A stretch of DNA of 64,000 nucleotides from Balanoglossus misakiensis (Eukaryota; Animalia; Hemichordata), in contig CM082578.2 in assembly GCA_040954595.2 (NCBI GenBank), forward strand, positions 587,740 through 651,739, given 5' to 3'. Within the stretch, counting starts at the first letter, position 1; every line of letters begins with the position of its first letter. Under the pieces are notes generated by a model that was not told the origin of the DNA, did not search any database, and saw nothing but the letters and a program-made list of their open reading frames with translations. Positions 36,401 to 48,002 of this stretch are shown in pieces. The position numbers and the translations under genes are program-made.

Positions 36401-39400
36401 AGTCTCAGGAAGTAAGCTTTCAGCCTACCAATGTAGCTATTATATTTTCCACTTTTTGTAAGTGAAGCCTGACTGTCGCCTGTCTTAGTTCACCACTTCA
36501 TAAGCGGTCTTACCCGTCATTGGCACAAACAGTCTCCGGAAGTAAGCTTTCAGCCTACCAATGTAGCTATTGTATTTTCCACTTTTTGTAAGTGAAGCCT
36601 GACTGTCGCCTGTCTTAGGTCACCACTTCATAAGCGGTCTTACCCGACATTGGCACAAACAGACTCAGGAAGTAAGCTTTCAGCCTACCAATGTAGCTAT
36701 TGTATTTTCAACTTTTTGTAAGTGAAGCCTGACTGTCGCCTGTCTTAGGTCACCACTTCATAAGAGGTCTTACCCGTCATTGGCACAAACAGTCTCCGGA
36801 AGTAAGCTTTCAGCCTACCAATGTAGCTATTGTATTTTCCACTTTTTGTAAGTGAAGCCTGACTGTCGCCTGTCTTAGGTCACCACTTCATAAGCGGTCT
36901 TACCCGTCATTGGCACAAACAGTCTCAGGAAGTAAGCTTTCAGCCTACCAATGTAGCTATTATATTTTCCACTTTTTGTAAGTGAAGCCTGACTGTCGCC
37001 TGTCTTAGTTCACCACTTCATAAGCGGTCTTACCCGTCATTGGCACAAACAGTCTCATGAATTAAGCTTTCAGCATACCAATGTAGCTATTATATTTTCC
37101 ACTTTTTGTAAGTGAAGCCTGACTGTCGCCTGTCTTAGGTCACCACATCATAAGCGGTCTTACCCGTCATTGGCACAAACAGTCTCAGGAAGTTAGCTTT
37201 CAGCCTACCAATGAAGCTATTATATTTTCCACTTTTTGTAAGTGAAGCCTGACTGTCGCCTGTCTTAGGTCACCGACTCATAAGCGGTCTTACCCGTCAT
37301 TGGCACAAACAGTCTCAGGAAGTAAGCTTTCAGCCTACCAATGTAGCTATTATATTTTCCACTTTTTGTAAGTGAAGCCTGACTGTCGCCTGTCTTAGGT
37401 CACCACTTCATAAGCGGTCTTACCCGTCATTGGCACAAACAGTCTCAGGAAGTAAGCTTTCAGCCTACCAATGTAGCTATTATAATTTCCCCTTTTTGTA
37501 AGTGAAGCCTGACTGTCGCCTGTCTTAGGTCACCACTTCATAAGCGGTCTTACCCGTCATTGGCACAAACAGTCTCAGGAAGTAAGCTTTCAGCCTACCA
37601 ATGTAGCTATTGTATTTTCCACTTTTTGTAAGTGAAGCCTGACTGTCGCCTGTCTTAGGTCACCACTTTATAAGCGGTCTTACCCGTCATTGGCACAAAC
37701 AGTCTCAGGAAGTAAGCTTGCAGCCTACCTATGTAGCTATTGTATTTTCCACTTTTTGTAAGTGAAGCCTGACTGTCACCTGTCTTAGGTCACCACTTCA
37801 TAAGCGGTCTTACCCGTCATTGGCACAAACAGTCTCAGGAAGTAAGCTTTCAGCCTACCAATGTAGCTATTATATTTTCCACTTTTTGTAAGTGAAGCCT
37901 GACTGTCGCCTGTCTTAGTTCACCACTTCATAAGCGGTCTTACCCGTCATTGGCACAAACAGTCTCAGGAATTAAGCTTTCAGCATACCAATGTAGCTAT
38001 TATATTTACCACTTTTTGTAAGTGAAGCCTGACTGTCGCCTGTCTTAGGTCACCACCTCATAAGCGGTCTTACCCGTCATTGGCACAAACAGTCTCAGGA
38101 AGTTAGCTTTCAGCCTACCAATGAAGCTATTATATTTTCCACTTTTTGTAAGTGAAGCCTGACTGTCGCCTGTCTTAGGTCACCGACTCATAAGCGGTCT
38201 TACCCGTCATTGGCACAAACAGTCTCAGGAAGTAAGCTTTCAGCCTACCAATGTAGCTATTATATTTTCCACTTTTTGTAAGTGAAGCCTGACTGTCGCC
38301 TGTCTTAGGTCACCACTTCATAAGCGGTCTTACCCGTCATTGGCACAAACAGTCTCCGGAAGTAAGCTTTCAGCCTACCAATGTAGCTATTGTATTTTCC
38401 ACTTTTTGTAAGTGAAGCCTGACTGTCGCCTGTCTTAGGTCACCACTTCATAAGAGGTCTTACCCGTCATTGGCACAAACAGTCTCAGGAAGTAAGCTTT
38501 CAGCCTACCAATGTAGCTATTGTATTTTCCACTTTTTGTAAGTGAAGCCTGACTGTCGCCTTTCTTAGGTCACCACTTCAAAAGCGGTCTTACCCGTCAT
38601 AGGCACAAACAGTCTCAGGAAGTAAGCTTTCAGCCTACCAATGTAGCTATTATATTTTCCACTTTTTGTAAGTGAAGCCTGACTGTCGCCTGTCTTAGGT
38701 CACCACTTCATAAGAGGTCTTACCCGTCATTGGCACAAACAGTCTCAGGAAGTAAGCTTTCAGCCTACCAATGTAGCTATTGTATTTTCAACTTTTTGTA
38801 AGTGAAGCCTGACTGTCGCCTGTCTTAGGTCACCACCTCATAAGCGGTCTTACCCGTCATTGGCACAAACAGTCTCAGGAAGTTAGCTTTCAGCCTACCA
38901 ATGAAGCTATTATATTTTCCACTTTTTGTAAGTGAAGCCTGACTGTCGCCTGTCTTAGGTCACCGACTCATAAGCGGTCTTACCCGTCATTGGCACAAAC
39001 AGTCTCAGGAAGTAAGCTTTCAGCCTACCAATGTAGCTATTATATTTTCCACTTTTTGTAAGTGAAGCCTGACTGTCGCCTGTCTTAGGTCACCACTTCA
39101 TAAGCGGTCTTACCCGTCATTGGCACAAACAGTCTCAGGAATTAAGCTTTCAGCATACCAATGTAGCTATTATATTTACCACTTTTTGTAAGTGAAGCCT
39201 GACTGTCGCCTGTCTTAGGTCACCACCTCATAAGCGGTCTTACCCGTCATTGGCACAAACAGTCTCAGGAAGTTAGCTTTCAGCCTACCAATGAAGCTAT
39301 TATATTTTCCACTTTTTGTAAGTGAAGCCTGACTGTCGCCTGTCTTAGGTCACCGACTCATAAGCGGTCTTACCCGTCATTGGCACAAACAGTCTCAGGA

Positions 39401-41375
39401 AGTAAGCTTTCAGCCTACCAATGTAGCTATTATATTTTCCACTTTTTGTAAGTGAAGCCTGACTGTCGCCTGTCTTAGGTCACCACTTCATAAGCGGTCT
39501 TACCCGTCATTGGCACAAACAGTCTCAGGAAGTAAGCTTTCAGCCTACCAATGTAGCTATTATATTTTCAACTTTTTGTAAGTGAAGCCTGACTGTCGCC
39601 TGTCTTAGGTCACCACTTCATAAGCGGTCTTACCCATCATTGGCACAAACAGTCTCAGGAAGTAAGCTTTCAGCCTACCAATGTAGCTATTGTATTTTCC
39701 ACTTTTTGTAAGTGAAGCCTGACTGTCGCCTGTCTTAGGTCACCACTTTATAAGCGGTCTTACCCGTCATAGGCACAAACAGTCTCGGGAAGTAAGCTTT
39801 CAGCCTACCAATGTAGCTATTGTATTTTCCACTTTTTGTAAGTGAAGCCTGACTGTCGCCTGTCTTAGGTCACCACTTCATAAGTGTTCTTACCCGTCAT
39901 TGGCACAAACAGTCTCAGGAAGTAAGCTTTCAGCCTACCAATGTAGCTATTATATTTTCCACTTTTTGTAAGTGAAGCATGACTGTCGCCTGTCTTAGGT
40001 CACCACTTCATAAGCGGTCTTACCCGTCATTGGCACAAACAGTCTCAGGAGGTAAGCTTTCAGCCTACCAATGTAGCTATTGTATTTTCCACTTTTTGTA
40101 AGTGAAGCCTGACTGTCGCCTGTCTTAGGTCACCACTTCATAAGAGGTCTTACCCGTCATTGGCACAAACAGTCTCAGGAAGTAAGCTTTCAGCCTACCA
40201 ATGTAGCTATTATATTTTCCACTTTTTGTAAGTGAAGCCTGACTGTCGCCTGTCTTAGGTCACCTCTTCATAAGCGGTCTTACCCGTCATTGGCACAAAC
40301 AGTCTCAGGAAGTAAGCTTTCAGCCTACCAATGTAGCTATTGTATTTTCCACTTTTTGTAAGTGAAGCCTGACTGTCGCCTGTCTTAGGTCACCACTTCA
40401 TAAGCGGTCTTACCCGTCATTGGCACAAACAGTCTCAGGAAGTAAGCTTTCAGCCTACCAATGTAGCTATTATATTTTCCACTTTTTGTAAGTGAAGCCT
40501 GACTGTCGCCTGTCTTAGTTCACCACTTCATAAGCGGTCTTACCCGTCATTGGCACAAACAGTCTCATGAATTAAGCTTTCAGCATACCAATGTAGCTAT
40601 TATATTTTCCACTTTTTGTAAGTGAAGCCTGACTGTCGCCTGTCTTAGGTCACCACATCATAAGCTGTCTTACCCGTCATTGGCACAAACAGTCTCAGGA
40701 AGTTAGCTTTCAGCCTACCAATGAAGCTATTATATTTTCCACTTTTTGTAAGTGAAGCCTGACTGTCGCCTGTCTTAGGTCACCGACTCATAAGCGGTCT
40801 TACCCGTCATTGGCACAAACAGTCTCAGGAAGTAAGCTTTCAGCCTACCAATGTAGCTATTATATTTTCCACTTTTTGTAAGTGAAGCCTGACTGTCGCC
40901 TGTCTTAGGTCACCACTTCATAAGCGGTCTTACCCGTTATTGGCACAAACAGTCTCAGGAAGTAAGCTTTCAGCCTACCAATGTAGCTATTATATTTTCC
41001 ACTTTTTGTAAGTGAAGCCTGAGTGTCGCCTGTCTTAGGTCACCACTTCATAAGCGGTCTTACCCGTCATTGGCACAAACAGTCTCAGGAAGTAAGCTTT
41101 CAGCCTACCAATGTAGCTATTGTATTTTCCACTTTTTGTAAGTGAAGCCTGACTGTCGCCTGTCTTAGGTCACCACTTTATAAGCGGTCTTACCCGTCAT
41201 TGGCACAAACAGTCTCAGGAAGTAAGCTTGCAGCCTACCTATGTAGCTATTGTATTTTCCACTTTTTGTAAGTGAAGCCTGACTGTCACCTGTCTTAGGT
41301 CACCACTTCATAAGCGGTCTTACCCGTCATTGGCACAAACAGTCTCAGGAAGTAAGCTTTCAGCCTACCAATGTA
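27412..41375 (+). repeat. 130-bp satellite, block 2 (~107 monomers)
   Basis: Continuous head-to-tail monomers, in register with block 1 across the LTR element. Confidence 0.98.
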
Positions 41376-44053
41376 CACTACAGACTGAATGTCCTGCACA
41401 TGGCGCGCTTGCCGGGCGCGCTCAGTGGCTTGCTGCGCGCGCCAGTGGGCTCGGTCCCTCCGGGCCCAGCAGGCCCATGGGCCCGCAGGGCTTGCTAATT
41501 AAATGTGTTTGGTGGGCCCGCATTCGGGCCCACCGGGCCCAGCTAGCCCATGGGCCCGCTGCGCTTGCTGTGTTTGGCGGGCCCGAATGAACACATGAGA
41601 AGTCTGCCAGTCTTAGAATGAGAAGAAGGCATGTTTGAGAACTCTGGAGTTAAGAATTGGGGTAGCATGTCACCGGAATAAATTTAATAATAGACGTTTC
41701 GTGTGTGTCTGCATGTGTCCGAGATGTAATCAATGTGTCATGGTTTACCACGACAAATTCTAGCTCAGTCTTCTTGATCGGGCCTAGATTGATCATTGCA
41801 ACCTAATCATCAAAGTTAGCAAACATGTAAGATCGTTCGCATTTGCCTGAGGTACCACCTCGATCGGACTGTGACTCGATCTCTCTACGTGATGTGATGT
41901 CGTCGATCGACGCCATGTTTGTTTACATGATTGTACAATCGTGCGTAGCTATGGTCTGACGCAGGGACTCTCTACCTGTTTCATCGCCTGGTAAATTAGA
42001 TGGATATTCTCAAAACAGTAGAATGTATATTGTGTTCTGATTGCATTCTTCGTGTGTATCAAACTTTTATTTTATTGATTTCCTTTTGTTGTCAGCCACA
42101 TGCGAGTAGCCTTGCCAATAAACAGTCGTGTTTACTCGGTAAACAAGAGGAATCACTGACTTGCCTCAAAAACAACAGTAGCAGGTGTAGTTCCTTTCCG
42201 TCCTACCTCCATGCAACATACAACATACAATCCGCGTCAAAAAAGCACTCCTGAAGAACTATGAAATGTCTAGCTTGTGTTCATTCTGTCAAACAATTGC
42301 ATGGACTCCAGCCATATTCAATGCCAGTTTAAGTAGATCTTAAACTCACCGTCAGTGAGTTAGATACAGGTGCACACATACATGTATGACACTATTGTGA
42401 AGTAACATTTTTTTATTTTAGAAAATGTGAAAAATAATAGGGAAAATTTTGAGTTTACATAAATGTTACAAACTATACAGCAAGTCACATCAGAGTAGAA
42501 TAAAAATGTCCTCAAGTACAAATAAACAGCAAAACGGAAAAATGCATCGATGTCGGAACTACTAAAGTCGAGAATCAGCTCTGAATTTATTCAGTAATCT
42601 AGTGCTTGGGGCGGAAACTTTAATGCAGAACACACTCTCTCGATATGCAAATATAACTTATTGAAACTCGTTGCCATACCACGGTTACTAGAAGCCAGGA
42701 ACCATCGACATGGCACAGTCTATATATACATGTACACTGAGAAGCCATAGAGACGTGCATGTTCAAATAGACCTTCTGAATAATGATCTATCGAGCAACA
42801 ACAACAAAAAGGAAAAGATCCTTTGTACATTAAATACGACCGAACTTTGCTCTCGTTTGTGGTACTGTGTGTTTTGAAATACAGGAGTCGACAAATGTGA
42901 CGTGTAATAATTTGTACACAATTTTCTTTACCCAAGTACAAAAATGCCTTTCAGCACAGAAAAAACAACAAAGCAACGCCATTATCGTTAACACCTAATT
43001 GTTTCTCCCAATTTGAAGCGGTCTCTTTCGAAAAGGATTCGTCATAAGAGTTACTCATTGTACAAACTGACCACCTGTCAGACATTGTGGATTTTCCTTA
43101 CATTAATTTCTGCTTTCTATCCGAGTGCAGAACGGGAAAACCCGCTGAGGCTATACCGCTGTCAGAAGAAACAGCGAGGGCTTCGAACGTACTTTTATTT
43201 TTCACACTTAAATCACTGCTCGTAAATTAATGCATCAAAAGTAAAAGTTTCCTTTTTCCTTTTAAATTTAAAAGTATATATGGCCTATGTCACGATCAAT
43301 ATTGCGATTGTGTTTATAACTAGCATAGCTGCAATAATTAGAGTGATGGGTAGCTATTTTCGCTTGGTTGAATCACGGTCACTCCACAAGGGTCGCCGAC
43401 GTAGTCAGAATAATGGACGAAAAAGTCGGAACAATCAAGCCCGAGAGTATACTGCGAGTAGTCATACGCATTGATACTCATATGAAATCAACAATAAAGA
43501 ATAATCTGCATAACAGGAAAAAGAAAGCCTACTGACGACTAGCCTGCACATTAGTAAATCACAGGTGTGAATGGGGTGGGCCACGGGAGGTAGCCTTTGG
43601 TCAGTAGGATCGTACCAGCTACCTCATAAATGTATTTTTCACTAATTTGTGCGATCAAGTTTTTTTCCTCAACATGATCTCCAATCTATTGCAGATTCAA
43701 AATCATATCCAGGGAATCCACAGATCGCGATTCGTGTTTTCTTGTGTTTATATTTAGCTGGAATAATTGTAACGGCACCTTGTCGCTGTTTTTGGTGTAG
43801 ATGCCCTGCACACTTACATGCAATGGACCGCAGTTACGTTGCGCGGTCGTGATGTAAATTTAGGAAATAGTGATACACTGCATCTATTAAAGCTTATCTT
43901 TGTTTCAGAGTAAAAATCTACCCGCTTTATCTGTACTGTATCTCTCAGCGTCCACGGGTGTTACATGTTTATGCTCGGCCAGCCACGTTCTTCAGGTTGT
44001 TATCACCTTTTTGTTCGTCAGTACAATAAAATATGTGTGAACTCAATGAACAA

Positions 44054-45216
44054 TTAAAGCTGCAAGCAGCATTGTCCGGGCCCAAGCTCTATTATCTGAT
44101 CTGATGCTAATATAGTGTTAAGTAGGTCAAAAGTCACCCGAGGTCACCCAACATTTGGGCAAAATATTTTGACCCCATATTGGTCCATGTATAACAAAAA
44201 CAAAACCTCTAGGTCTATTGGTTCATCTGTAATTAGGTATATGCATATTTAATGAGGTCACCAGAGGTCAAAGGGGTCATGAAAAGTAGCAAATTTTTTT
44301 GATCACATACAAATCCACATACATCAAAAACCAAACTTATAGCCCTATTGGTTAGCCTGGAATTAGATATGCAGAAAAATGATTCGTCAAAAGTAGGTCA
44401 AAGGTCATTGCCAAAATTACCAAAATATTTATAGGTTATTCTTGTCATATGATGATTCATATCCATAAAAAGAATTTCTGTGCTATCAATTTTTAGGCTA
44501 GAAAAGGAATTTTTACTTTTTAATCGTTTTTCACAAAATCCAATATGGCCGCCATAATCTTCGACCAATCACATTCCCCTTCGCAAACTTGATAGACATC
44601 CGTTTAATGACCACACACACCAAATCTTGTGACTCGGTTATCGCCCGTTCTGGAGAAGAAGATTTTTGAAGTTTTACTATGGTTTTTCGAAAATCCAATA
44701 TGGCCGCCATAATCTTCGACCAATCACAATGATCTTCGCAAACTTGATAGACATCAGTTAGGTGACCACATACCCCAAACGGCGTGACTCGGTTATCGCC
44801 GGTTCTGGAGAAGAAGATTTTTGAAATTTTGACCAGATTTCAGAAAAACAACTGTAGCAAAAAAACTGCAACATTGACAGCAAAATATCCAATTACAAAA
44901 ATGATGGGCAGAGGGTATACTACCAGCACGCCAAATCTGAAGTCGATCTGACTTGTAGTTTCTGAGATCTGAGATTTGCATTTTTTCAGAAAATCCAATA
45001 TGGCCGCCATGTCACGTGACTAATTAAGTATTCACAAGTCACTGCACATCTACTCATTGACCTTGACCACTGTAGCAAGTTTGAGAACTGTACCTGCAGC
45101 AATGTCTGAGATCTAGAGCGCGAAAGAAATGAACCAAGAATAAAGAAAGAAAGAAAGAAAGAAAAACCCCAACGAAACCAATACGGGCCCAAGCCTGGCT
45201 TGGCTTGGGCCCGTAA
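44054..45216. mobile_element. Helentron/HINE (DINE-1-like) non-autonomous rolling-circle element
   Basis: Subterminal cgggcccaagc near the left end (44077) repeated in the terminal hairpin tacgggcccaagc-ctggcttg-gcttgggcccgta (45182-45215); internal 155-bp tandem repeat (44535, 44690) and (GAAA)n microsatellite; A/T-rich flanks, no TSD. Confidence 0.7.
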
Positions 45217-45424
45217 AAACTTCTGAAGTCAGTACATTTTTGTCTGTGGTTTGTTTTAAAAATACAATTTGATGCGCCGGTCACTAGGATCCTAGGGTCA
45301 TAGTTCTGAGTGTCAGGCTCATGAAAACAAGAACAATCTATGACTCAAATATTAGATACATACTAGTATTGTAATTTGCGTCTTACAAAGCACAATAATG
45401 TGACTTCATCCATTTCCCAAACAG

Positions 45425-46431
45425 AGAAACTAAGACAAATCAGTCAGAGTATCGACCACACTGTTGTCTGTGATCGACAACACGTATACGCGCGTCCGTT
45501 CACCGCGACAATAATGTGTGTAACAATCGTTCAATTCATTCGATCAGGCACTATGATCATGCCCCCGCCGATTCCACCAGCGCCCACCTTGTCACCAACA
45601 CCACTCCCACCACGCCCAGCCGCTGATATTACACCACCGTTCCAAACTACACTACAGCCGGCAGTACGGCCGATTCTCACGTCTCCGCAGACAGCGGGGA
45701 TGATTGAGACTTCTCCGCCTCCACTATGGTTCCCTCCTATCACCGGGGATGTTCTCATACCGGAATCATATATAGACCGGTGTAAGGTCGTAAGTTGCTC
45801 TATAGGCAACTTTGCCAAGAACCTTGTGTTTATGGTTTATTCGCCGAGTGAACGCGTCGGACGTAATTGCACAGGGCGTGTGTTTGGGGGTACCAAACAG
45901 AAATTGAAGTTAAGTCCCAGAAGGCTTAAGAAAGTTGAAGGAGCAACTTTCCGAAAATATTTTAGAAATAATGGACGACGCCCTGACCATTAACGTTTGT
46001 TTATGGGCAAGGGCGAGGGGAAAGCCAAAAATTCATGGGCGAGGCTTCCGAGCCCATGAATTTTGGCTTTCCTCGAGCCCGCGCCCATAAACAAACGTTT
46101 ATGGTCAGGGCGGAGTCGGTTATTTCCATTATATTACCAACAAAATCAAGAAAACCGTCAAAATGTAAATGTCCCACTAGGGGCCCCGGAACTTGTGTTA
46201 CGCAAAATGTTGTCTTCACTGAACTGTTTGCTAGTATTACTATTCAGATTTACGGGCATGTAAACAAACCATTACTGAGTATTTGTGGTCAGTGACGTCG
46301 TTCATCTCGACCAATTAAAATGCGACGCACAGGCCATGGTAATATAATCCCACGATTTTCCGCGATCCGCCGAGCGCGACGTGTGGTCAAAACAGTGCAT
46401 CAAGGCAATCGATAAAGCTCTCCGCCGTTGA
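45425..46431 (+). pseudogene. BEN-domain protein terminal exon (Pro-rich linker plus BEN), interrupted by a 387-bp insertion
   Basis: SCSIGNFAKNLVFMVYSPSERVGRNCTG...KLKLSPRRLKKVEGATFRKY (to 45960) joins in frame to SHDFPRSAERDVWSKQCIKAIDKALRR* (46348-46431); candidate acceptor ttcccaaacAG at 45424; AATAAA at ~46600. Confidence 0.78.
45961..46347. mobile_element. TIR-less long-hairpin insertion (Crypton-like, tentative), 387 bp
   Basis: Hairpin 45979-46112 (cgccctgaccat...atggtcagggcg); removal restores the BEN reading frame; exact ends ambiguous by 1-2 nt. Confidence 0.68.
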
Positions 46432-46433
46432 TG

Positions 46434-46498
46434 TTTTTCGTTTTTTTTTTTTGTTTTTTTTTTTTTTTTTTTTTGTTTTTTTTTTTTTTGGGGGGGGG
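46434..46498 (+). repeat. Poly-T / poly-G low-complexity tract
   Basis: About 55 nt of interrupted T run followed by G9, directly after the BEN stop codon. Confidence 0.85.
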
Positions 46499-48002
46499 CT
46501 TTATCAGCATGTTTGTCGGATTGTCATTCTCTCGTTCAGAAAGGAAATGTTCCCTTGCATTTGTACAACTAATGTAGTGTAATTGTGTTTTAAATGCTTA
46601 ATAAAGAAAACTAACACTGACAACGGACACATTTTGTTCGTAGTGAATTAAACGCCCCTCCCTGAATGGCTAGTCTGAAATAAAACTTATGTTGAGAAGG
46701 AGAGTTGTACATTGATTAACGTTTTCAACGGTGTAGTACCGGTGTAGCAACGATCCAGATACGACTCCGACGGGAAAAATATTTGAGAATGCTTTTCGCC
46801 TGTGCTGCGCCGGTGTTAATTTTCGACAGCGATGACGGGTGGTTCAGATCCAGACCGAAGCAAATATACAGTGAGAACGCAAAGCACAACCCTGTGGTGA
46901 CTTTTGATTATGTTTATCTAGGTAACCTATTGTCTTGGGTCAGTTTCCATTGTTGAGTCAATCGATCTGGACGCGAGTGGTTTTCTAGCCACTCGCGGTT
47001 AGCCGGGTCTGCAACACTTCTGTCTGCCACCAACTTTAGGTTCTTTCGATCGCCGAAAAGACGAGGCGTTTTCGATTTGTGGATTAACATCCAGTACTTC
47101 TAAACGATATCAAAACGGTCATGAAGAAGACGACAAAGTCGTCCAGAACGCATATCCAGGTATAGAAACTGAGATATGTTGCAATTACATGTCCTCGACG
47201 TCCTCAATTTTTGTTAGTTGCCGTGTTCCTAAACATTGCCATTTAGACGGCGTTGATCTCAAAACAATGTCCGTTTAGTGTGTGGACGCACACAGATTCT
47301 GAGGGCTAATCCCCTGTTAGCAAGAAACAGGAAGTGCTACGATATTCGTCATTTTTAAGTTGCTGCAATTGATCTGTAGTTTGTACGTGTATGCTTTACA
47401 TGTATGCATCTGTGGTAACATAAAACACAGGTTACAAATGAACATAAATGACTACATGTACATAGTGTTTTGAACCACTAGCATTCTTTATCTGAATTGG
47501 AGGTTGCACAACTAGACTAGAAAAACCAGAAATGCCATGGGATCAATCAAACGTTTTGGGGTTCAAACCGACCGGCTTCCTTGCTGGTAAGCAACCGGTG
47601 CGCCAGTAGACTAGCCCACTAGTCGCTTGGTGATTTTTAAATCTAAATAGTTAAGGTGTTTTCGATGTTTTTTTGTCTTAATAAATAATTTCAATACTTT
47701 TTGCGTGCATGCTTGCTTTCGAATTTGGGACTGAGCTTGTGGTTTCGGGTAGCTTGGGTCTACGCGTTCCCTACACACAATGAAGCCCATAAACAAGGAG
47801 CAAGCCTAGCGCGCCAGGTAAACAAGCGCGCTTCCTGTGACCCGGCTGGCCATGCAAGCCAGGTAGCTCATGAATATTCAGGATTCAAGCCTGGCGCGCT
47901 CAGCAAGCACGCTCACCGGGCCTGGCGAGCAGGGCGAGCCACCTGGCTTGCTGCGTTCAGGAGCAGGCGCGCCAGGTAGAACAGGACATTCAGTCTGTAG
48001 TG

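Larger units (their letters stand above)
41376..48002. mobile_element. CACTA/EnSpm-like DNA transposon, 6627 bp, no transposase, carries a BEN-domain gene
   Basis: Perfect 21-bp TIR CACTACAGACTGAATGTCCTG, 2-bp TSD TA inside the satellite motif ccaatgTAgctatt; GC-rich subterminal repeats (gggccc, gcttgc, gcgcgc) at both ends. Confidence 0.93.

Noticed and set aside
41330-41590. GC-rich ORFs at the CACTA ends (also 47701-47979)
   Set aside because: They overlap TIR/subterminal repeats; stop-poor GC-rich composition explains them.
42000-44030. Upstream exons of the BEN gene (candidate AG/GT-bounded segments near 42096, 43129, 43694, 43909)
   Set aside because: Splice sites are plausible but no consistent frame or homology can be established by eye.
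46434-46498. Poly(A) tail of a minus-strand retroposon
   Set aside because: No TSD or recognisable SINE/LINE body adjacent; treated as low complexity.
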